From: Malacoraja senta
Lineage: Eukaryota
NCBI GenBank assembly: GCA_038087875.1
Contig: CM075988.1
Coordinates: 21,082,001 to 21,146,000 of the forward strand
Reading direction: 5' to 3'
Length of the DNA: 64,000 nt
Shown: positions 26,056 to 39,235 of the stretch, one piece after another
Layout of the letters: each line of letters opens with the position of its first letter
How positions within the stretch are numbered: position 1 is the stretch's first letter
Notes under the pieces: model-generated
The model's database searches: none
The model's input: only the letters and a program-made list of their open reading frames with translations
What the model was told of the DNA's origin: nothing
Made by a program: the position numbers and the translations under genes

Positions 26056-27634
26056 ATAACCTACAAACCTGCACGTCTTCGGAGTGTGGGAGGAAACCGG
26101 AGCACCCGGAGGAAACCCACGCGGTGACCGCGTGGGTTTTCTCTGGGTGCTCCAGTTTCCTAACCCATTTCCCAGCCCGCACAAAGCCCATTCAGACAGC
26201 ACCTAAATTCAGGATCGAACCCGGTTCCTCTGGCACCAACTCTACCGTTGCACCCCTGTGCCGCCCGGTTAAAATGGCCCCCAGAACTTTGTGGATCAAA
26301 CTGAAAGTGCAGCAGCTGATATGGAAACTCAGAAAATTGGGCTGTTTATATGTGTGCGCCGCCCACCATATACTTGGGCGGCACGGAAGGCGCAGCGGTG
26401 GAGTTGCTGCCTCACCGCGCCAGAGACCCGGGTTCCATCCTGACTACGGGTGCTGTCCGTCCGAGCGGAGTTTGTACGTTCTCACCACGACCACGTGGGT
26501 TTTCCCTGGGTCCTCCAGCCTCCTCCCGCACCAAAGACATAGAAACATAGAAAACAGGTGCAGGAGGAGGCCATTCGGCCCTTCGAGCCAGCACCGCCAT
26601 TCATTGTGATCATGGCTGATCGTCCCCTATCAATAACCCGTGCCTGCCTTCTCCCCATATCCCTTGACTCCACTAGCCCCTAGAGCTCTATCTAACTCTC
26701 TCTTAAATCCATCCAGTGACTTGGCCTCCACTGCCCTCTGTGGCAGGAAATTCCATAAATTCACAGGACGTGCAGGTTTGTAGGCTAATTGGCTTCTGTA
26801 AACTGCCCCTAGTGTGTAGGATGAGAAAGTGGGATAACATGGAAGTGGTGTGAAGAGGTGACTGACTGAGTGGGCCAAAGGGCCTGTTTTCATGCTGTAT
26901 CTCGAAACTAAACTCAACTTGGGTGGAGATTGTGGTGTGTACGTGCGTCCGTGACTCTGATGTCTACTATCACGGGTGGCCGTCCCAGTCAGAAAAAAAA
27001 CGTCGCCTGTCCATTACCTCCACAGAGATGTTTGCCCTGCTGAGTTTAGTTTAGCGTAGAGAGACAGCATGGAAACCAGCCCGCCGAGTCCATGCCGACC
27101 ACTGATCACCCGTTCACAACTAGATCTATGTTATTTATGCATCCACACCCTGCACACTCGGGGCAATTGCTAGAGGAAAATTAACCTACAAACCCGCAAG
27201 TCTTTGCAATGTGGGAGGAAACCAAAGCATCCGGAGAAAACCCAATGTGGTCAAATTCCACACACGGACGTCTTTGTATCAACCACAAATCTGGCAATAA
27301 TACATTTGTTTCCTTCCTCTATAAGTCATGAATGTGTTTGTCTAGAAGCCACAGGCAGGCCTCCTGAGGGAGGTGAGGAAATTCAGCATGTCTCCAATCA
27401 CTCTTGCAATCTCCGACTGTAAGCACCATCGGGAGTAGACAATAGACAATAGACAATATACAATAGGTGCAGGAGTAGGCCATTCGGCCCTTCGAGCCAG
27501 CACCACCATTCAATGTGATCAAGGCTGATCATCCCCAATCAGTACCCCGTTCCTGCCTTCTCCCCACATCCCCTGACTCCGCTATTTTTAAGAGGCCTAT
27601 CTAGCTCTTAGGGCTCTTAAAAATAGCCCAATCT

Positions 27635-28105
27635 AGAGTATACTGTATCGGGGCTGCATCACGGCTTGGTTTGGGAACAGCTCTGCCCAAGCCCGCAGGA
27701 AATTGTAGAGAGTTGTACATGTACCCCAGTCCATCGCTCAGACTAGACTCCCCACCACCGATTGCATCTACACTTCACACTGCCTCGGAAGAGCAACTAA
27801 CATAATCAAAGACTTGTCCCAACCCCCCGGTCATTCCTTCTTCTTCCTGCTCCCGTACGACTGAAGGTACAGAAGCATGAAAGTATCCACCAACAGACAT
27901 TGGAACAACTTCTTCCCCTCTGTGACCAGGCCTCTGAATGGTCCTTCCATAAGCTGCATATCACAGCTAGTGGCGATAGCTGTCTGATTCACTGCTATCC
28001 CATTGAGGACATTGGACTTTGTCTATGGAACTGATGCGCTACAATGCGCTGCAAATTTAGAGAACTATATCCTGCACTCAGTATCTTCCCGTTTGCTCTA
28101 TTGTA
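27635..28105 (+). mobile_element. Rex1/Babar-like LINE 3' fragment (close sibling at ~23140-23420; related tails ~18085-18665 -, 24355-24470, 29635-29915 -, 52935-53560)
   Basis: CITAWFGNSSAQARRKL.RVV motif, then HSFFFLLPY.RRYRSMK-like segment and shared 3' UTR. Confidence 0.7.
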
Positions 28106-31100
28106 GTTAATAAGATGTAAGCCATTTACAACAGAGACGAGGAAACACTTTTTCACACAGAGAGTTGTGAGTCTTTGGAATTCTCTGCCTCAGAGGGCGG
28201 TGGAGGCTGGTTCTCAGGATACTTTCAAGAGAGAGCTAGATAGGGCTCTTAAAAATAGCGGAGTCATGCGATATGGGGCGAAGGCAGGAACAGGGTACTG
28301 ATTGGGGATGATCAGCCATGATTACATTGAATGGCGGTGCTGGCTCGAAGGGCCAAGTCATTGTTTCCTGAAAGTTGGCCAATGCCATTGTGTTTCCTCA
28401 CAAATCACATGCTCTTACAAAATAACCTTTTGCGTATCCCAGTTGCCGAACAAGTATTGACATTCCCAATGTATTACAACTCCTGGTTCCATTAGTCCAT
28501 AAATCCTAGGATCCATTCAGCCATTGAGTCTACTCTCTTCAGCCTCCAGAGTTGCTAACTGACCTGCTGAGTTACTCCAGCACTTTGAGCGGTTTTCTTT
28601 TTCTTTTACTGGTAACTTCACGATACCTTCAGTTGCCAAATCTGGATGTTCATAAGTTCAAGGAGCAGAAGTAGGCCATTCAGCCCATCGGGTCTACTCC
28701 CCCATTAATTCGTGGCTGATCTATCTTTCCCCTCTCAATCCAATTCTCCTGCCTTCTCCCCTTAACCTTCGACACCCTCAGTAATCAAGAATTCCATCCA
28801 ATCTAGAACACAAATTAACTTGATTGATTGAAAGATACAGCATGGAAACGGGCCCTTTGGCCCACCGAGTCAATTCTGGCCATTCTCACTGGTTCCACGT
28901 TATCCCACTTTTGCATCCACTCCCTGCACGCTACAGTCTATTTCTACGTTCATTCATGGACATAGAAATAGACTAGTGTGCAGGAAAAGGGTGCATACGT
29001 GGGATAATGTGGAACTAGTGCAAATTCCTTCTCTCTGGAGATGCTGCCTGTCCCGCTAAGTTACTCCTACATTTTGGGCCTATCTTCGGTTTAAACCAGC
29101 ATCTGTAGTTCCTTCCTACACAATCTACTCCAATCAATTTATTGGACCTGATTTCCCTTTCCTTGACTTTGTTCCATCTTTACTTGCTCAGATTATGACT
29201 TTCCAAAGGTTCTGCCATTACCGTCCTGATAACTGAGCCTGGCATTTTCCAGCATCTGCAGTTCCTTCTTTAACACTGGCATTTTATCTGTTCCTCATGC
29301 ATGACCTTCTATCCACATCTCCGTCTGCTCGCATTATTCTCACCGTCGATCCCTCTAGATTCTCAAGGGAGAGAATTCCAGAGCTTTGGGGTCCAATAAA
29401 ATCAAGAATGCGCAGCAGAGCAAATTCAGAGATAGTTGATGGTGTGTAGAAGGAAGAGTGATAACAGCGCAAGTCCACCTGCTGTTCAGTTGCATATTTT
29501 GCGCAGTTTAATGTTGAGAATGCTTCACCAAGATAATGCGCTGCTGATAACATGAGACTCGCACCAACACCCTTCTGTGGCCAGAAAAATAAACTTACCA
29601 GCTCAACATTTTTGTAGTTTGGTCCAAGCTGTGTTTAGTTTTGAGTTTCAATTGAGTTTCTTGTCACGTGTGCAGGTGCAGTGAAAAGCATTTGTCGCGA
29701 GCTGACCAGTCGGCGGAAGGACAATGCATGATTACAATCGAGCCGTCCACAGTGTGCCGATACATGATGAAGGGAACAACGTGAATAACCTTTAGTGCGA
29801 GATAAAGTCCAGTAAAGTCTGATCAAAGATGGTCCAAGGGTCTCCAATGAGGTAGATGGTAGCTCAGGGCTGCTCTCTGGTTGTTGATAAGATGGTTCGG
29901 TTGCCTGATCACAGCTTAGATTGCATGCACAAATCAGTTAATGAATTGACACTCTGTCTAACAGGATTGCTACTCAGGTTTGGGGGTTAGGTTCAGGACC
30001 TAGATAAATGTTGCCAGCCGTACACAATCAAGGGGTAGAAGGGCGATGTCTGTGCCCAGATGTTGAGGGTTCATAAGTTATAGGAGCAGAATTAGGCCAT
30101 TCGGCCACAAAGCCTACGCCACCATTCAGCCATGCCTAACCTATCTATCCCTCTCAACCCCATTCTCCTGCCATCTTCCCGTTACCTTTGACACCCCTAC
30201 TATTCAAGAATCTGGCAATCTCCACTTTAAAAATACCCAAAGACTTGGCCTCCACCGACATCTATGGCAATGAATTCCACAGATTCTTCACTCTCTGGCT
30301 AAAGAAACTCCTCCTCATCTTCTTTCTGAAGGTGCGTCCCTTATTTTGAGGCTGTACCTCCTGATCCTAGACTCTCCCACTAGTGGAGACATCCTCTCCT
30401 CATCCACTTAAGCCAGGCATTTCACTATTCAGTAAGTTTCAATGAGGTCCCCCCTCATTCTTCTAAACTGCAGCGAGTACAGGCCCAGTGCCGTCAAACG
30501 CTTTAAAATTTGTGTGGACGCAAACGTTTCATTTTATTCCATTCCATTGTCATCCCTCCATGACAACTCCTAAGATAAATACAGTTGCCCAAGCTGGAAA
30601 TCCATGTGTAGGAATAAACTGCAGATGCTGGTTTACGCCGAAGATAGACGCAAAATGCTGGAGTAACTCAGCGGGTCAGGCAGTATCTCTGGAGAAAAAG
30701 GAATAGGTGACGTTTCGGATCGAGACCCTTCTTCAGACTCATAATACAAAAAGAAAATGTCTGACATGTTATCAGTGAGGCCAGATTTAAATTTAACAGA
30801 AGGCTAGAGGAACTCACACGTTAGGCAGAATTTGTAGAAGGAATGGATTGACAGGGTTTCGGATTGAGACTCTTCTTCTGAAGATGGTTGCTGACCTGAA
30901 ACGTCATTGTCTATTTCCTTCAGCAGGTGCTGCCTGAGCCGTTGTGTTCTTCCAGCACTTTGTGTATTTTTGTCAAGATTTCAGCATTTGCAGTCCCTTG
31001 TGTCTCCAAACTTAATTTAGTTTGGGCAGTAATTTTTCGTTGAGATTATTAGTTGAATGACACTTGCCGCATACTAATTGTCCTCCACAACCAGATCAAA

Positions 31101-33642
31101 AGACCACATTTAATCAACGTTGATTAGAACTTTTTTTTAAAAATTTCTATCTTTAATAAAAAAATGTTTAATTAAGAATGAACTCATGCCCTTTGTTGTG
31201 AAGTAAAATCATTTGTTACTCTTGGGATATTGAATCTTATTTTGTTGGCAGTTTGTTTAATTATTTAAGTATAGACTGATACTTACAGAGCGAGATACTT
31301 AGAGCAATGTTTGAGCACAGGAATGAAAGTACAGCTCGGAGAATATTTGGGTCACAGCTCTCTGGCATGTCCAAACATTTTAAAGTTGTCCATTCTGCCA
31401 AGTGTACATACGTTCTATTCTTTTGAGTAACAAAACTTTGACAGTTTGCAAGATAGCGGGGAAGACGTTGGTTGAAGCATCCCAATTTTACCTCATTGTT
31501 TGACTTGAGTAACTGGTGAGGAATTGAATGCAGGGATTTGGGCTGCACGGTGGCACAGCGGGAGAGCTATTGCCTTACAGTGCCAGAGGCTCGCGGGTTC
31601 GATCCCAACTACGGGATGCTGTCTGTACGGAGTTTGTGCGTTCTCCCCGTGACCTGCGTGGGATTTCTCCAAGATCTTCGGTTTCCTCCCACACTCCAAA
31701 GATGTACAGGTTTGCAGGTTAATTGGCTTGGTATCAATGTAAAATAGTCCCTCGTGTTAGTGTGCGGGGATCGCTGGTCAGTGCGGACTCGGTGGGCCGA
31801 AGGGCCTGTTTCCTCCCTGCATCTCTAAACCAAACTAAAAGATCAGGCAAGGGAATCCATGGGCTACTGTTGTCCTGCTTAGTTTTACTGTTTGTATCAC
31901 AGGCTAGATGGGTCCCAACCCGAAACGTCGCTGGTCCTTTCCCTCCACAGTTGCCACCTGACCCGCTGAATTCCTCCTGCACTTTGTGTTGTGATAACCA
32001 GCTGCCTGGACTCCAGGTCTGTACCTTCAACATCGAATGCCATCATGTCAACTGGCCAATTTAACTTCAGTTAATTAAATAACCAGCAGACTCAGCACAT
32101 GTTAATACAATCATAGAGTTATACAGCGTGGGAACAGGCCCTTCAGTCCAACTTGCCCATGCCGACCAACTTTCCTCATCTACACTAGTCCCTCCTGCCT
32201 GTGTTTGGCCCATATCCTTCTAAACCTATCCTATCCTGTCCAAATGTCTCTTAAATGTTACGATAACACCTGCCTCAACTACCTCCTCTTGCAGCTCGTT
32301 TCATGCTCATCATCCTTGTGTACCAAAAAAAGTTGATCCTCAGATTCTCATTAAATCTTTGCCACCTCACGTTGTAGCTATGCCCCCCCCCCCTGGTTCT
32401 TGATTCCCCTACTCTGGTTAAAAGACTGTGTGCAATCACTCTATCCATTCCAAAGGGTGGTCTTCAGTAAACCCTCAACATGACAGACCTTCCTGTGCCA
32501 GCTTCCATCCATGGAATCTCTTTACGAGGCTTGTGTGTGTAGGAAGGGACTGAAGATGCTGGTTTACACCAAAGATAGACACATCATGCTGGAGATAACT
32601 CAGCAGGACAGGCAGCATCTCTGGAGAGAAGGAATTTCTATTCTGAAGAAGGCACCCTTCTTCAGAAGGATCGCAATCCGAAACGTCACCCGTTCCTCCT
32701 TCTCTCCAGAGATGCGGCCTGTCCCGCTGGGTTAGTTACGCCAGCATTTTGTGTCTATCTTTAGTGGATGAGGCTTGGTTTTCATGGCTGTGCTGATGGG
32801 TTGTGGGCTGGAGGTTGGCGGTGAACATCTCTTGCTGTGTGGTGGATTAGTTAGAGTTGCTTCTCATTGAACCAGACGGGTAGGAGGCAGAGCCTGCTAC
32901 TTACGTGCTAACATCAGTAATACTATAACCTGGCTGTGGAAGAGTGTCCTCTCGCCCTATCACTGGCTGCTTGCTCAGAGCTGTGGGAACTAATTGTGCA
33001 AAGGCAGCCTGTGGTATTTTCCTCATTTATAAACTTAGTTTAGTTTATTGAATCAGCGCGGAAGCAGGCGCTTCGGCCCGCGATCCCCGTACACCAGCAC
33101 TATCCTGCATACTCAAGGGACAACGTACAATTATACCAAGCCGATTGACCTACAAACCTGTACGTCTTTGGAGTGTGGGATGAAACCGAAGATCCCGGAG
33201 AAAACCCACGCAGGTCACGGGGAGAACGTACAAACTCCGTACAGACAAACACCCGTAGTCGGGGTCGAACCCGGGTCTCTGGCGCTGTGAGGCAGCAACT
33301 CTACCGCTGCGCCACTGTTCCACCTTGATATGATATCTGGATATGATCGGACTCTTGGATATGGAGATCAGTAGAGACTGTTACATATAACTCTGATGAT
33401 TGTCGAGGAAGAAAAAGCCATGAATAAGAAGTGTTAGTGATATGATTAAAGCGGTTTTTAATCTCATTGAAAATTTTGCCATTGATCACGATTATAGAAC
33501 CAGTGAAGGACGTCTGAGAGTTGTTGTCTGCTCTGCAATATTTAATATACGAAGTTACTGAGTCTGTTTTATGACATGAATATTTAGTAAGCACATGTAC
33601 ACATCCCCACTCCAATTCCATAAGAGATCTCGAGCCCTTTCA

Positions 33643-33882
33643 TGTGCAGGAAAGAACTGCAGATGCTGGTTTAAATGAAATGTAGACACAAAATGCTGGA
33701 GTAACTCAGCAGGGCAGGCAGCATCTCTGGAGAGGGTGACCTCTCGGGTCGAGACCCTTCTTCAGACTGGACTTCAGTCTTCAGTCTGAAGATGGGTCTC
33801 GACCCGAAACGTTGCCCATTCCTTCTCTCCAGAGATGCTGCCTGTCCCGCTGAGTTACTCCAGCATTTTGTGTCCATCTTCA
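33643..33882. mobile_element. Fold-back Penelope-derived element with 10-bp TSD
   Basis: TSD AGCCCTTTCA at 33633-33642 and 33883-33892. Inverted arms. Motif CTGAAGATGGGTCTCGACCCGAAACGTT at 33786-33813. Confidence 0.8.
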
Positions 33883-36800
33883 AGCCCTTTCAAGATAACT
33901 CAGGTTTCCACTCGGCATTTTGAAAGGGATTTCAGATTTTATGATGTTCAGTAATGAAAGCAGTGAATAAACACTTTACTCAATAAAAGATGCATGAGAT
34001 CGCGAAAAGTAGGCAGTTGCCAAACTGATAGCTCGCAAAATAAAAAGAACAAATTGGTAGGAGCTGAAGTTGGTAATACATTTTCTATTGAGGAATTGGC
34101 AATAAATTCCAAGCAGTAATCAATTTTCATTAAGAATTCTGAAGTGGTTGAGTGTGTTCATCGGTATTTTCTCATGGAATGTCCATGGCACACAGATAGA
34201 GAGCCTTTAGTAGACAAAAATGCTGGAGAAACTCAGCGGGTGAGGCAGCATCTATGGAACGGAGGAATAGGCGACGTTTCGGGTCGTTCCTTCGCTCCAT
34301 AGATGCTGCCTCACCCGCTGAGTTTCTCCAGCATTTTCGTCTACCTTCGATTTTTTTTCAGCCTCTGCAGTTCTTTCTTAAGCTTTACTTTAGTAGTTTA
34401 CTTCAGAGATGCAGCACAGAAGCAGGCCCTTCGGCCCACCGAGTCTGTGCCGGCCAGTGATCACCCCGTACACTAGCACTATCCTACACACACTAGGGAC
34501 ATTTAGAATCTTTACCAAAGCCAATTAACCTACAAGCCTGTATGTCTTTGGGATGTGGGAGGAAACCGGAGCATCCGGAGAAAACCCACGCAGGTCACGG
34601 GGAGAAGGTACAAACTCCGTACGGACAAGCACCCGTGGTCAGGATTGAACCCGGATGTCTGGCGCTGTGAGGCAGCGACTCTGCCGCTGGGGCCACTGTG
34701 CCGCCCTAACAGTGCCATGAGAGAGAGTTAGGACACAAGACTGTGGGAGGTTGCGGGGACGTAAGGGCCATCTGACATGGCACTGAATGTTGAGCAACAT
34801 ACCAAGTGCTGAAGGAACTCGGCATTATAAGATCATAAGACCGATGAGCAGAATTAGGCCATTTGGCCCATCGAATCTGCTCCGCCATTTGATCATGGGT
34901 GCAGGAGTAGGCCATTCAGCTCTTCGAGCCAGCACCGCCTCTGGAATTCTCTGCCTCAGAGGGCGGTGGAGGCCGGTTCTCTGGATACTTTCAAGAAAGA
35001 GCTAGATAGGGCTCTTAAAAATAGCGCAGTCAGGGGATATGGGGAGAAGGCAGGAACGGGGTACTGATTGGGGATGATCAGCCATGATCACATTGAATGG
35101 CGGTGCTGGCTCGAAGGGCCGAATGGCCTACTCCTGCACCTATTGTCTATTGTCTATAAAGCACAAACATGCAAGCTGCATCAGTACCTTCTCGACACTT
35201 TTGGTCATGATGGCAATTTTACAGATCTTGTTTGTGACCCGCAACATTTATGAGCCAGCTAGTGTGGGTTTGAGCAGGGAAAGGCAGCAACTGTTAATAG
35301 AACACTTAATGAGCGATCCTGACAACTGATGCATTGTAATAACCTGAGATTATAATGATTTTTATTTTTTTATTTCTCTCTGTTAGATTTGCGATCAAAA
35401 GAGACTGTTGGCTTCTAATTGCTATCTTAGCCACTCTGAGCAGAACTTAATTACAGTACTTAGCCGAGGAAAAAAAGCAACCCTGTAGAGAAATGAGATC
35501 AGAGAGTAAGCCGTCCCCGCGTAGAGGCCAAAATGACAGTTACCACGGCAACTGGCGGCATGGCAGAATGCCTATACCCAAGGGAAAGTGTACAGGCGGT
35601 ATTGTTCTTCAGAAATAAAGGTCTTATCTGTTGATTAAAAATCTGGCAATCTGATGAAAACGAATGATAAAAGATAAAGTTATTACTAAAGAGAAGCAAT
35701 CCTCTTCGGTCCAGCTTGCAGGGTGAATGGTTTAGCATTCTGCTTGTGTGAGATGTGAGCATCATTAATAGATTCACCTGAGCAGCGTTGAGATCCCAGT
35801 GCTGCAGCTCATCTCTCATCAGACTCAGTGTTTTTAAAAAAAAACATCATTGAGGCAGATATTTTAAGCATTTCAGAATCGGAATTCATTGCCACAGCAG
35901 GTTGTGGAGGCCAAGTCAATGGGTATTTTTTTAAGGCAGGGATAGATGGATTCTTAGGCAGACACAAAATGCTGGAGCAACTCAGCAGGACAGGCAGCAT
36001 CTCCGGAGGAACGCCCATTCCTTCTCTCCGAAGATGCTGCCTGTCAACGCTGAGTTGCTCCAGCGTTTTGTGTCTGCCTTCGATTTGGACCGGCATCTGC
36101 AGTTCTTTCCTACACATAGATAGATTCTTGAGTAGTACGGGTGTTATGGGGAGTTAGTCAGGGGTTATGGGGATAAGGCAGGAGAATGTGGTTGAGAGGG
36201 GAAGATAGACCAGCCATGATTGAATGGCAGAGTACACTTGATGGGCCGAATGGCCTAATTCTGCTCCTGTCACTTATGAATAATAACTAGGATGCGAAGG
36301 CACACAGCACACAGCCTTGCATTCTTGGTAGGGTCTTTGAATTTGCATTGTTTCACTGGTGAATAAATCACCAGATGTACTAAAAAGGAGCTTGTCTACT
36401 AACCTGTGAAGAAACAGTATTAAATCAACAGGCGCAAGCCAAGCAATTTACATTTGAACCAATGTAGAGTTTCATGTCAAGCTTGTCACGGAGTCTTTGC
36501 ACGGGAAACAGGCCATTCGGCCCAATTTGTCCATGCTGACCAAGACGCCTCATCAGGGATGTAACAGTGGCGCAGCGGTGGAGTTGTTGCCTCGCAGCGC
36601 CCAGAGACCCGGGTTCGATCCTGACGGCGGCTGCTGTCTGTGCGGAGTTTGTACGTTCTCACTGTGACCGTGTGGGTTTTCTCTGGGTGCTCCAGTTTCC
36701 TCCCACATTGGGTCTGGTTGTAAATTGTCCACAGTGTGTCGGATAGTGTTAGTGGACGGGGATCGTTGGTCTGCATGGACTCTGGGGTGGGAGGGGGGGG

Positions 36801-37009
36801 TGTGGGGGGGCGCGAAGGGTCTGTTTCCACACTGTATCTGTAACCTAAACCAAACTACAAGTGTTGTAGGTCCATAAAGTCCAGCCAGCTGACTACCCTA
36901 GCCTTTAATTGCCTAATTGCAAAGATATGTTCCCCAATTGTGTGGTGGCTTATGTGTTTGAGCGTAAAATCATTGAATTTGGTGTTTGCCAGTATCACGC
37001 TGATCATTA

Positions 37010-37161
37010 TGTTTAAGAAGGAACTGCAGATGCTGGAAAATCGAAGGTACACAAAAATGCTGGAGAAACTCAGCGGGTGCAGCAGCATCTATGGAGCGAA
37101 GGTTCCTTCGCTCCATAGATGCTGCTGCACCCGCTGAGTTTCTCCAGCATTTCTGTGTGCC
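37010..37161. mobile_element. Short fold-back Penelope-derived element (centre and ribozyme motif absent) with 15-bp TSD
   Basis: TSD TCACGCTGATCATTA at 36995-37009 and 37162-37176. The arms meet at GAGCGAAGG-TT-CCTTCGCTC. Confidence 0.82.
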
Positions 37162-37353
37162 TCACGCTGATCATTAATTGTACCGATACACTGTTCATTC
37201 ACCATGTTACCTTTCAAACTATCTCTTGAGGTCAAAAGATAAGTTTTACAAGTGCGTGCTTCGTTCAGATGTTGATTGCTCTTCGTGTGATGTGGGCGAC
37301 GGGTTTGGGCTGTGGTTCTTTTGGTCTAATTCCTGTGTTTCTTCTCTCTTTAG

Positions 37354-37427
37354 TTGCCCTCAGGTTGATATTATGCCACCTCAAGGTGAAGTCAGTGTGG
37401 GGGAGTCCAAGTTCTTCCTGTGTACTG
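37354..37427 (+). CDS. NCAM1: NCAM1-like coding exon (human exon 2 equivalent; start of Ig1); 74 nt, apparently 1 nt short
   Basis: Polypyrimidine tract + TAG acceptor (37351-53) and G|GTAAGT donor. Encodes (VAL)/QVDIMPPQGEVSVGESKFFLCT, matching NCAM1 VSLQVDIVPSQGEISVGESKFFLCQ. VAL and QVD are in different frames. Confidence 0.88.
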
Positions 37428-37804
37428 GTAAGTCAGCCAAGGCCTGTCAAACGATTACGCTGATAGGAGCAGACGAACGTTGTGCCTCATCGGGCCAGGC
37501 ATATTCAAATGGACCCATGACGACGTCCTGGGTTTTAGTTCACGGAAGGGTGATGGGCAGCTGGGAGCCTGGCGTGGGGGAGGGGATACGAACGGTCAAA
37601 CCCAGGGAGAAGGAAGGAGCCACAAGGAACTGCAGGTGGCGGAATCTTGAGCAACGCACAGAGTGCTGGAGGAACTCTCTGGGTTGGGCAGCAACTCTGG
37701 AGAGAAGGAGTTGGTGACGTTTTGGGTCAAGACCCTTCTTCAGACTGTACATTTCTAACCTGTCCCTCACCCCGCCCCCTCACATCCTAGAAAACACTCA
37801 TTCT

Positions 37805-38153
37805 TTCTTTTAAAATCTCTTTATTAGTTTTTTTTCCAAAAACCAAAACAAAACAAAAATAATGATGATAAACATAACAATGATATTGATACATAGGGAT
37901 CAGGGTTACATTAATAACAGGTATAACCTAAATATGAGTCAAAATACACATTGAATATAGACCTCTATGTAAATATAGTTAAATGTTTAAAAGAAAACAT
38001 ATATATATATTTTTTTTTAAGATAAAAAGAAAAAAAAGAAAAAAAAGAGAAAAAAGGAAAAAACAAAACCCCCCTAAAGCAAAAACACAATCTGAGCTGC
38101 AAAGAATTTCAACAATTTAAGTCCCTGTTTGTCGTCAAGTCCGTTCCACCGTG
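37805..38153 (-). mobile_element. Probable L1-like 3' UTR fragment (antisense)
   Basis: T-rich end with TTTATT on +, A-rich body and imperfect flanking repeat ACACTCA(G)TTCT. Confidence 0.5.
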
Positions 38154-39235
38154 ACACTCAGTTCTCAACCCGAAACATCAATGACCCCTTCTGTGTGATT
38201 AGATGCTGCCTGTCCCACTGAGTTTCTCGGTAGTTTAATTTTTTGCGTTTTATTCCTCATTTGCTTCAAAGAGAAACAGCCCGCAGTGTATGTTAATATC
38301 AACAAGTCCCATAGAAGATGGGCAATGCAACCAAAACAAAACCAGACAGTGACAGATAACAGAGAGCTGCCATTCCTTGACTTGTACCAATACCATGGGA
38401 GTACTGATAGGATCACGGATCCGTCACGGGTAAAGCTAACAATATAGGCAGGCTATCAAAAACAGAATAACGTGCTTAGCACAGAATGCAGACATCTTGC
38501 CAAATGGAAAGAAAGAGTCCTTTGGGAAATCTGAGCCATTCATCACTCCACCAACAAGTAAAAATGACAAAACTCTTCAATTTCCGCCAAGAATGTTATC
38601 AGATCAACTTTTTAGTTTAGAGGTTCAGCGCCAAAACAGGCCCTTCGGCCCACCGAGTCCGCGCCGACTAGCGATCCCCGCACATTGACACTATCCCACA
38701 CGCACCAGGGACAATTTATATGTACAGAAAGCCAATTAACATGCACACCTGCACGTCTTTGGAGTGTGGGAGGAAACCGAAGATCTCGGAGAAATCCCAC
38801 GTGGTCACGGGGAGAACGTGCAGACCCCGTACAGACAGCGCCCGTAGTCAGAATTGAACACGGGTCTCTGGCGCTGTGAGGCAGGGACTCTACCGTTGCG
38901 CCACCGTGCCTCCCGCCTTTTACTTGAGGCAGTCGCAGGTTATGCAGAGGTGAACCGAACCACACGCTCAGGCCCTGCATGTCGTCTAATGCTGACAAAC
39001 TGCAGGAGAGTGAGGGAGAGGAGACGACTCTGGAAGCAGCCGGCTCCTGGTAAACCACGCTCTCTTCCTGAAAGTGATTTATCTCCCCGCCAGCAAAAAA
39101 CAGGGATAATGCATCAGACTTGATATCCAGTCGTGAATCACCCAGTCCCTGAGAGATGCTCGCCTACAGATACTGCGCACACGTGTCCAGATTCCCCTTA
39201 GAGCGCACACTGCGCACATACAGCCTTCAACACTC

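Larger units (their letters stand above)
1..37353 (+). other. NCAM1: Probable 3' part of the large NCAM1 intron 1 (signal-peptide exon not found in window)
   Basis: No other recognisable host exons were found. The region is repeat-rich and ends at the acceptor of the first Ig1 exon. NCAM1 intron 1 is very long in other vertebrates. Confidence 0.7.

Noticed and set aside
1..37353. NCAM1 signal-peptide exon 1 (e.g. hydrophobic ORF 475-675)
   Set aside because: That ORF starts inside a CR1 3' UTR and does not resemble the NCAM1 leader. No promoter-like region with a suitable exon was seen.
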